Positions 20,369 through 27,950 of a stretch of 64,000 bases of DNA are shown piece by piece; within the stretch, counting starts at the first letter, position 1; the number at the start of each line of letters is the position of its first letter. Position numbers and translations under genes: made by a program. The notes beneath the pieces were generated by a model. That model saw only the letters and a list, made by a program, of their open reading frames with translations, searched no databases and was not told the DNA's origin. Source of the DNA: an uncultured Chloroflexia bacterium (GTDB lineage: Bacteria; Chloroflexota; Limnocylindria; Limnocylindrales; CSP1-4); the NCBI GenBank assembly GCA_963715085.1, contig CAVQQU010000005.1:290922-354921 (forward strand), read 5' to 3'.

Positions 20369-20638
20369 CCCCCTTGCGGGGGACTCGCCACCCTTGCGGG
20401 CAGCTGTGGCGCCCCTTGCGGAGCGCCTCCCACTCTCGCGAGCGGGTTCGGTACCTTGCGGCACCGGTGCAACCGGCGAACCGCGACGCCTCCCTTGCGG
20501 AAGGGCCGACCCTCCTGACGGAGGATCCGGCTCCCCTTGCGAGGAGCCCGGCCGCCTTGCGGCGGCACCGCGGTCCGTTCATCACGGCCCCTTCGGGCTG
20601 ACCGGATGATGGCCCGCGAGGGTCGGCGCCCGCAAGGG
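20369..20638 (-). repeat. Lattice of ~10 mini-hairpins with conserved CCTTGCGG / CCGCAAGG apex; candidate structured minus-strand RNA
   Basis: Exact CCTTGCGG at 20372, 20392, 20414, 20454, 20493 and 20555. CCTTGCGA at 20535 and inverted CCGCAAGG at 20630. Period is ~20.3 nt, not a multiple of 3. Flanking arms differ between copies but remain self-complementary. Confidence 0.85.
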
Positions 20639-20641
20639 GTT

Positions 20642-20692
20642 CTGTCCACGAGATTCGGGCGGCGCGACCGGGTTATCCACGATCCGTCCACG
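20642..20692. promoter_or_regulatory. Three co-oriented DnaA-box-like 9-mers (nnnTCCACG)
   Basis: CTGTCCACG at 20642-20650, TTATCCACG at 20673-20681 (8/9 match to TTATCCACA) and CCGTCCACG at 20684-20692. Confidence 0.35.
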
Positions 20693-20794
20693 GTAGCGCC
20701 GTGGGGCGTCCGCCGGGTGTTCCGCGGGAGCCGTTGGCATGTGGCGGGCCGCGTGTCGCAGCTCCGGCCGCGTCCCGCCGGGGACGGCGGTCGG

Positions 20795-21004
20795 TCAGTC
20801 GAGCCGGCGCGCGAAGCCGCAGATCGGGCAGGCCGCGACGCCCGTGGCGGGGTCGAGGCGGAGGGTCGTCGGGCAGCCGTTCGTGCCGCAGTACAGGCGC
20901 GCGTCGCCGACCTGGCGTCGCCGCTGGCGACGCGCATCGGCAGCCCGCCCGGCGAGCGAGAGGGGCGCGGCGATACGCCGCGCGGGGGAGTTCCTGGACA
21001 TCAT
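20795..21004 (-). CDS. Small (69 aa) Arg-rich C4 zinc-ribbon protein, hypothetical
   Basis: MMSRNSPARRIAAPLSLAGRAADARRQRRRQVGDARLYCGTNGCPTTLRLDPATGVAACPICGFARRLD. This is the C-terminal part of ORF 20795..21262. The RBS is weak, so whether it is coding is not certain. Confidence 0.45.
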   Translation of the reverse strand: MMSRNSPARRIAAPLSLAGRAADARRQRRRQVGDARLYCGTNGCPTTLRLDPATGVAACPICGFARRLD

Positions 21005-21339
21005 GTCCGGTGAGTGCCTTTCCTGGCCGGTCCGCGACATTCGAGCGGACTCGGTCCATGCGATGAGTGGTCGGCCGGCGAAGGTGAGTGCCGGGAAGAC
21101 CGGGTGGCGACGCGGCGCGGGGAGCGTGGCGTTGGATGCTCGGACCCTGCGCAGGCATCGCCTGAACACGATGCAAGCATGGGGCCGGCCCCCGAACCTG
21201 TCAAACGCGCGTCCTCGTGCGTGCGCCCAGGTGCACGTCGACCCCGGAGCATCGCGAGGCATCGCGCCTGGCCTTCATGAGGGCGCATCAGCCTCACGAC
21301 CGGCGGGCGAGCGGCGAGCATCTGGTAGGCTCTGCCGCC

Positions 21340-23020
21340 GTGACTGAGCCCGCATCGTCGATCCCCAGCGCCGAAGACCGCCCCGGCCTCGCGCGCGGCC
21401 GGTACGTCCCGGCCCTGCTCACGGTCCTCGTGCCGGGCCTCGGGCACCTCGTCGCCGGACGGCTTCGCCTGGCCGCGCTCTTCGGCCTCCCCCTCGTCTT
21501 TCTCGCCGCCCTTCGTTGCCGGCGTGCTTGTCGCCACGACCACGGACCAGCTCGTCGGGGCACTCCTCGACGACCGGGTCCTGGTCCTCGTGCTCGCCCT
21601 GCGAGGTCGTCTTGCTCTGCTGGCGGCTCCTGGCGCTCGGCTCCGTCGCTCACCGATCGGCGGCTGCCGAGGCTCCGCCTGCGCGACACGCTGCCGATCA
21701 TCGCGCTCGTCGTCCTGGTGGCCGCGCCGCAGGCATACGCCGGCGTCGTGAGCCAGGCCGTGCGCGAGAGCGCGAATGACGTCTTCGCCCAGGACGCAGC
21801 TTCGTCGGGAGCCTGGCAGCCTGCCGCGACACCCTTGTCGACGCCGCTCGCGAGCCTCGCTCCGGGCGCCACCTCGGGCCGTCGCCGACGCCCTCGCCGT
21901 TCCCGACCGCGACGCCGACTGCGGCCGGATCAACGTGCTGATCCTGGGCGTCGACGCGGGCGTCGGTCGCAACACGTTCCTGACCGACACGATGATCGTG
22001 GCGTCGCTGGATCCCGTGGCGCGAACGGTCTCGCTCCTCTCCTTTCCTCGCGACCTGGTGGATGTCCCCCTTCCCGGCGGCGGCGTCTTCTCGGGCAAGG
22101 TGAACTCACTCCTCGCGTATGCGCGCCGGAACTCCGGCCGCTTTCCCCGGCTCGAGCGGCGACGGCCACGACGTCCTGATGGCGGCGTTCGGTGAGATGA
22201 CCGGCCTCCAGATCGACTACTACGCCCAGGTGAACCTCGGCGGGTTCGTCGCCGTCGTCAATGCCCTCGGCGGCATCGAAGTCAACGTGGCACGAGCATT
22301 CTGCGACCCGCTCTACGACGAGTACGGGTTCACCAGGGGCTTCTCGATCACGGCCGGTCGGCACAAGCTGAACGGGAACCAGGCCCTGGCCTATGCGCGG
22401 ATCCGCAAGGCGAACGGCGAATCGGATCTCACGCGCCAGGCGCGCCAGCAGGAGGTCCTGTCGGGGATTCGGGACCGGGTGGTCGAGGGAGGCTTCCTGG
22501 CCGACCCGGTGGGCTTCCTCCGGGCGATGGGCAAGACCGTGGAGACCAACATTCCACGCAGCCTCGTGCCGGAGCTCGTCGAGTACGCCCGAACGGTGGA
22601 TCGCTCCGGGACGTACCGCGCGATCGTGACTGGCAGCAAGCTGATCTGGGCCGGCTTCGACGCCCGCGGCTACATCTTCCTGGCGGACTTCGCTGCGATC
22701 CGCGCCCGAGCGGACCGGCTCTTCCCGCCGCCGGGGACGCTCCCGCCGGAGGAGTTCCTGGCTCCGAAGGCCGTTGCCGGTCGCCCGGCGGGCAGTGGTG
22801 TCTCGGGCTGCCTCCCAGCCGCAACGCCGAAGCCCACGCCGAAGCCCACGCCGACGCCGAAGCCGACGCGACCGCGACACCGGCCCCCAGCCCCAGCGGC
22901 GAGCCGACCCCGAGCGGCGCGCCGACGCCGCCCCCCGAGCTGACGCCGCCTCCTGACGTCACGCCCGTGCCGGAGCCGACGCCCGTGCCGGAGCCCACGC
23001 CCACGCCCACGCCTCATAGC
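21340..23020 (+). CDS. LytR-CpsA-Psr (LCP) family protein with Pro/Thr-rich tail, about 5 frame changes; ends approximate
   Basis: N-terminal TM segment PALLTVLVPGLGHLVAG. LCP core INVLILGVDAG...NTFLTDTMIVASLDP...LLSFPRDL (ORF 21776..22195). QIDYYAQVNLGGFVAVVNALGGIEV...NGNQALAYARIRK (ORF 22119..22943). Junctions are near 21510, 21600, 21660, 21880 and 22140. Confidence 0.75.
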
Positions 23021-23195
23021 GCGCGATCCGAGGGCGCTGGGTGGGGCGCCGATCGGCCCACGGGTAGGGCCGTACCGCTCACAACGGCCGCGGCGCGCCA
23101 GCGGCAGGTGCCAGTCGACTGCGGCCGGAACGCCTGCCCGACACGGGCCGTTCAACCCTGCCGGCGCCACGCCGCCCGGCGTACCGTTCGGGGCG

Positions 23196-24218
23196 ATGAT
23201 CAAGCCGGGCGCTCCGTTCGGGCCCTTCGCCACGCTGGAGCTCGGCAACGACCGCCTGGGGCTCACCGTCTGCCCGGCCCTGGGCGGACGCGTCCTCTCG
23301 CTCGTCGACCGCTGGACCGGGCGCGAGTGGCTCGTGCAGGGTGAGCCGCCGGATATGGGCCCCGACGGGTCAGCGGCTGCCTGGACGGGCCGCGACGCCC
23401 TCTTCTCCGGCGCGGTCGCGTTCGGCTGGGACGAGTGCCTGCCGACGGTGACTCCCTGTCCGGATCCGGCAAACCCGGCCGGCCCCCCGCTCCGCGATCA
23501 CGGCGACCTGTGGGGTCGCGTCGCCACCGGGGTTGGCGAGGGACAGATCCTCGCGACGACCTGGGCTGGACCCGATCGGCCGTTCGTCTTCACGAGGCGC
23601 CTCCGGCTCGACGGTCCCCGCCTCGTCGCCGAGTACGAGCTCGAGAACGTCGGCGCGACCGCGCTGCCCGTGCTGTGGTCGATGCACCCGCTGCTCGACC
23701 TCGAGCCGGGTGCCCGGCTCGAGGTGGAAGGACTCGTCTCGGTGCGCGTGACCTGGGCGGAGGGCCTTCCGCTGGCCCCGATCCCCGGCCATGCCGACTG
23801 GCCCGAGACCCCGGGGACCGATGGCCGTCCGATCCAGCTCGACGTCGTGGGCGAGCCCACCGCCCGGACGGCGCTCAAGGCATTCGGTGGCTGGGAGCTC
23901 TATGGCAGCTGGGACGCAGCCGGCGGGGAGGGCCTTCCCGGCGTCGCCGCGGTTGCCCAGCCCGACGGGTCGCGCCTCGACCTGACCTGGTACGCCCCGA
24001 TCGCCCCGAACCTGGGCATCTGGCTCGACGACGGGGGCTGGCCCCCGCCCCCGGAGGCGCCGCGGGTCCAGCACGCCCTCCAGCCGACGACCTCGCCGGA
24101 CGACGACCTTGCCTCGGCGATGGCGGCGGACCGGGCCCTCGTCCTGGCGCCCGCCGAACGGGTCGCCTGGTCAGCCACGATCCGGGTCCGCGCCCCCGGA
24201 GAGCCGCGCGGCGGGTAG
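23196..24218 (+). CDS. Aldose 1-epimerase / galactose-mutarotase-like superfamily protein
   Basis: 340 aa and intact. Pattern LGLTVCPALGGRVLSL...GWDECLP...LRDHGDLW...LWSMHPLL resembles mutarotase-fold proteins. Family-level call only. Confidence 0.5.
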   Translation: MIKPGAPFGPFATLELGNDRLGLTVCPALGGRVLSLVDRWTGREWLVQGEPPDMGPDGSAAAWTGRDALFSGAVAFGWDECLPTVTPCPDPANPAGPPLRDHGDLWGRVATGVGEGQILATTWAGPDRPFVFTRRLRLDGPRLVAEYELENVGATALPVLWSMHPLLDLEPGARLEVEGLVSVRVTWAEGLPLAPIPGHADWPETPGTDGRPIQLDVVGEPTARTALKAFGGWELYGSWDAAGGEGLPGVAAVAQPDGSRLDLTWYAPIAPNLGIWLDDGGWPPPPEAPRVQHALQPTTSPDDDLASAMAADRALVLAPAERVAWSATIRVRAPGEPRGG

Positions 24219-24313
24219 GCCGTCCGCACGAGCCGCGCGGCAGGCGCCCGCGTGCACGAGCCGCGGGGCCTGCGCCACCGCGCCCGAGCCGCGGTGTGAG
24301 CGCCGCCCTACTC
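24201..24313. repeat. Degenerate ~28-bp tandem repeat x4, each unit starting GAGCCGCG
   Basis: Units start at 24201, 24230, 24258 and 24286. The array spans the last codons of the mutarotase-like gene and the convergent gap before the UbiB gene. Confidence 0.6.
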
Positions 24314-26502
24314 GTCCGGCTCCTCCGGGTCGCCGAGCATCCGGGAGGTCACCCGGACCCCCACGACGAGCAGGGCGACGAAGATGATCAGGAGGATCAC
24401 CGGCAGGGGCAGGAAGATCACGATGTTCGTGCCGGACATCAGGGTGGCCGTGAAGACGATCCCGGTCGCGATGATCGCCCCCGCAAGGATGATGCCCGCC
24501 GCCAGCGTCTGGCCGACCCGGCCGACCTTGCCGATCTCCCGGGAGAGGTCGGCCGTGTTGACCTCGACGACGATCTTGCCCTTCTGGTACTGGTCCAGCC
24601 AGGAGAGCGTCGCCGACTGGAGGTCCGGCACGCGGCGTCCGATCTCCTTGCCGGTCTGGATCGACGCTCTGGCGGAGCGAGGCGACGATCTTCTCGGCGC
24701 TCACCTCGGTGGTCAGGAGCTCCCGCGCGTTCGCGCAGGCCCTCGTCGAGGAGGCTGAACGAGGGGCTCAGGGTGCGGGTGATCTCCTCGACCTGGACGA
24801 TGGCCTTGAGGGCGAGCGTGAAGTCCTGGTTCAGCTTGAGGCCGTTGTCGTAGAGCGTGCCGAGGATGCCCGAGATCGCGGCCCCGAAGTCGCCGCCGAC
24901 CCTCACCGCCGTACTTGAGGTACTGGTAGACGATCGCGTCGATCGCGGCCCGGACGCGCCCCGGATCCACCTTCCCGCGCTGGACGCTCATCCTGGTCAT
25001 GACGGCCGCGATCCCGGCGGCGTCCTTCTGGACGACCGACCACATCAGGTCGAGCAGGTCGAAGCGCTGGTCGCGGTCGAGCTGGCCGATGAGCCCGAGG
25101 TCGAGGAAGACGATCGTGCCGTCGCGCGTGTCCACGAGCACGTTGCCCGGGGTGCGGGTCGGCGTGGAAGAAGCCGTCGACGAGGATCTGCTTGATGATC
25201 GCCCGCAGGAGCCGGCGCGCGACCACGTCGCGGTCGATGCCGGCGGCCTCCATCGCGGCGACGTCGTTGATCTTGACGCCCGCGGATGAACTCCATCGTG
25301 AGGACGCGCCGGGCGCTCCGCGCGCCATCGACGTCGGGGACGCGCACGCCCTCGATCGCGGCCATGTTCTCGTCGAGGCGCCGCATGTGGTACGCCTCGT
25401 TGCGATAGTCGAGCTCGATGAGGACGCCCGAGGCGAACTCCTCGAGGATCCCTCGGGCGTCCAGCCGGCGGGCCAGCTCGAAGCGGTCCTCCATGACGAT
25501 GGCAAGGTCCTGCATGACGCCGAGATCGGCGGCCACCATGGTCTGGACGTCGGGGCGCTGGATCTTGACCACCACCTCGCGGCCATCGGGGAGCGTGGCC
25601 CGGTGGACCTGGGCGAGCGAGGCCGCCGCGAGCGCCTCGTCGTCGAACGTGGCGTACAGCTCGTCGGCCGGCCGGTGGAGCTCGGCCTGGATCATCTCGT
25701 GGGCCTTGGCCGTGGGGAATGGCGGGACGGTGTTCTGGAGCTTCGCCAGCTCGTCCTGCCACGCCGCCGGCAGCGCCTCGGCGCGGCTCGAGACCATCTG
25801 GCCGATCTTCACGTACGTGGGCCCGAGCTGCTGGAGCATGACCCGCACCTTCGCGGGCGTGCTCAGGGCGGCGAGCTCCTTGTTCATGCCGCCGATGTAC
25901 TTCTGGAAGCGGTCGCGAACGACCGCCACCGGCGTCGACTCGAGGCCGATCTCCAGCCCGAAGCTGGCGACGGTGTTGTAGACCTGCATGAGGCGCAGGT
26001 TCTCCACGAGCTTGCTGCGCCGAGGCGTGGGCAGGCGATCCAGGAGCCGCCAGATCGCGCGCTGGCGGTCGCTCATGTCGATCTGGGGTCGGTCGATGCC
26101 GACGATGATCTGGATCCCACTGGCGAGCAGGGTGAAGACCAGCGCGATGAGCGTGCCCCAGAACCAGGTCGGCTGGGCGACGACGAACTCACCCGGGGCC
26201 AGCGAGCCGGCCAGCCACACGAGGAAGACGTTGACGACGATGAGGACCAGGCCCATCGAGCGCAGCAGGAGACGCCCCGTCAGCACGAGGAGGATCGGCC
26301 GAACGAACGCTCCCACCAATGCGACGAAGAGAGCCATGAACACGAGCGTGAGGACGGGATTCGCCCCGAGCGCGAGGGCCGGACCGGTGAACCGCAGGTC
26401 GGTGAACGGGTCCGTGTAGTCAACGTTGACGAGCGAGAAGAGGAACAGGACGAGCAGGATCGTCAGGGCGTTGACGACGACCTGGGCGATGAAGCGGCGC
26501 AT
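24308..26502 (-). CDS. ABC1/UbiB-family kinase with N-terminal 4-TM holin-like domain, about 5 frame changes
   Basis: N-terminal TM domain MRRFIAQVVVNALTILLVLFLF... Kinase motifs YVKIGQMVSSRAE, AAASLAQVHRATL, VVVKIQRPDV and FHADPHPGNVLVD. C-terminal TM segments are present. The pieces lie in ORFs 25045..26502, 24903..25586, 24713..25762, 24439..24906, 24171..24704 and 24308..24631. Confidence 0.8.
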
Positions 26503-26525
26503 GGTCGGTCTCCCGGGGGCGGCGG

Positions 26526-26957
26526 CTACGTCGCGGACGCCGGCTCGTCGACGGCCCCGTCGACGGCTGGGGGCGCGTCGTCCCCGGCGGACTCGACGGC
26601 AGCCTCGACAGCCGAGGCCTCGACAGCCGGGGCAGAGGCTGGCGCGTCGCCCTCGGCCACCGCCGAGGTGAGCGTCGGAACCACCAGGGCCGCCTCGTCC
26701 TCGGGCGGGGCCGCCGCGATCTCACCGATGCGCGCCCGCAGGTCGACGCTCGCCGTCTCCAGCTCGTGGACGGCCAGGCGCACGGCGCGGGCCACCTCGC
26801 GGAGGACTGGCTCCCATTCGGCGCTCGCGCGCTCGGTCTCGGGGCGGGCCTCGTCCTTCAGGCGCTCGAGGAGAGCGCGCCCCTCCGTGGAGGTGGCGAA
26901 CAGCGCGCCCGCTGCGCCCGCCGCGGCACCCATCACGAAGCCCACGATCTCGCGCAC
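26526..26957 (-). CDS. YtxH-like small membrane-anchored protein, Ala/Glu-rich tail
   Basis: VREIVGFVMGAAAGAAGALFATSTEGRALLERLKDE... GTG 26957 is preceded by GGAGG at a 7-nt spacing. This is the C-terminal part of ORF 26526..28253. Confidence 0.5.
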   Translation of the reverse strand: MREIVGFVMGAAAGAAGALFATSTEGRALLERLKDEARPETERASAEWEPVLREVARAVRLAVHELETASVDLRARIGEIAAAPPEDEAALVVPTLTSAVAEGDAPASAPAVEASAVEAAVESAGDDAPPAVDGAVDEPASAT

Positions 26958-27226
26958 GTCAGCGCCTCCGTTCTCAATCGGCCGGCTCGCGCCGGGTCTT
27001 TCACCAGTGAAGCGACCCATGGTGGCACCGCCACCGGGTCCGCGTATCAGCGACGAGTGATGGCGGCAGCGTAACGCAGCGCTGGGGCCCACGGTCCGGT
27101 ACCTCGTTCGGCGCCAGGGGCCAACCGCGAGCCAGCTCCGCGGACGTCGCGACGACCGGCCAGGCCCCGGCCACGGCGAATTGCCTGGCCGCGCGGCTGC
27201 TGTGCCCCGCCGCGCTATGATTGAAC

Positions 27227-27248
27227 AAACCGACCGGTCGGTCGGTTT
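27227..27248. promoter_or_regulatory. Inverted repeat AAACCGAC-N6-GTCGGTTT, candidate TetR operator
   Basis: Perfect 8-bp arms at 27227-27234 and 27241-27248, 49 nt upstream of the tetR start at 27297. Confidence 0.55.
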
Positions 27249-27296
27249 CCGACACCGGCGGACGGGCATGCCGGGCAGAGGGCGGGCGCGGGGCGA

Positions 27297-27950
27297 ATGG
27301 GCGAAGAAGGGCGACAGACGGCGCAGTCCGAGAAGAGCCGGACCCGGCGCGAGCAGATCCTCGACGCCGCCTTCAACACGTTCGCGACGCGCGGCTACCG
27401 TGAGACGGCGGTCGACGACATCGCCGCCGCGGCCGACACGTCCAAGGGCGGCGTCTACTTCCACTTCCGGACGAAGGAGGCGATCTTCCGCGAGCTGATG
27501 CGGACGACCGCCGACCGGCTGGCCGCGAAGGTGGACCGTGCTGTGGCCGCCGAGACGGACCCGATCGCCAGGGCGGACGCCGCCCTCCACACCGTGCTCG
27601 TCACCTTCGCCGGGCACCGGACGATGGCCCGGCTGCTGTTCCTGGACGCGCTCGGCGCGGGGCGGGCGTTCAACGCCGAGACGAACGAGCTCCACGACCG
27701 GTTCGCGCGCCTGATCGCCGGCTACCTCGACGAGGCGGTCGCCGACGGCTCGATCCCGCCGATCGACACCGCGATCACGGGGGTCGCCTGGTTCGGTGCC
27801 CTCAACGAGGTCGTCGCGCGCTGGCTGCTGACGGACGACCCGGGGCTCCTCGACGACGCCTATCCGACCCTGCGTGCGCTGCTGCTGCGCAGCGTCGGCG
27901 TGCCCGAGGAGCGGATCGCCGCCGCGGGCGGGTCGGGAGGGGCGCGGTGA
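27297..27950 (+). CDS. TetR/AcrR family transcriptional regulator
   Basis: HTH region RREQILDAAFNTFATRGYRETAVDDIAAAADTSKGGVYFHFRTKEAIF. Intact. The stop overlaps the menF GTG (GTGA at 27947-27950). Confidence 0.9.
   Translation: MGEEGRQTAQSEKSRTRREQILDAAFNTFATRGYRETAVDDIAAAADTSKGGVYFHFRTKEAIFRELMRTTADRLAAKVDRAVAAETDPIARADAALHTVLVTFAGHRTMARLLFLDALGAGRAFNAETNELHDRFARLIAGYLDEAVADGSIPPIDTAITGVAWFGALNEVVARWLLTDDPGLLDDAYPTLRALLLRSVGVPEERIAAAGGSGGAR

Noticed and set aside
20369-20638. The possibility that the periodic CCTTGCGG array is a CRISPR array or a plasmid-type iteron set
   Set aside because: The conserved core is only 8 bp on a ~20-nt period, whereas CRISPR repeats are 24-48 bp with 26-72 bp spacers. 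No cas genes are present. Iterons are conserved over their whole 17-22 bp, whereas here the flanks vary but stay self-complementary. No rep/par genes are nearby.
20642-20692. A chromosomal replication origin (oriC)
   Set aside because: Only three weak-to-good DnaA-like boxes are present, with no AT-rich unwinding element and no dnaA/dnaN/rpmH context. It is kept as a low-confidence regulatory observation only.
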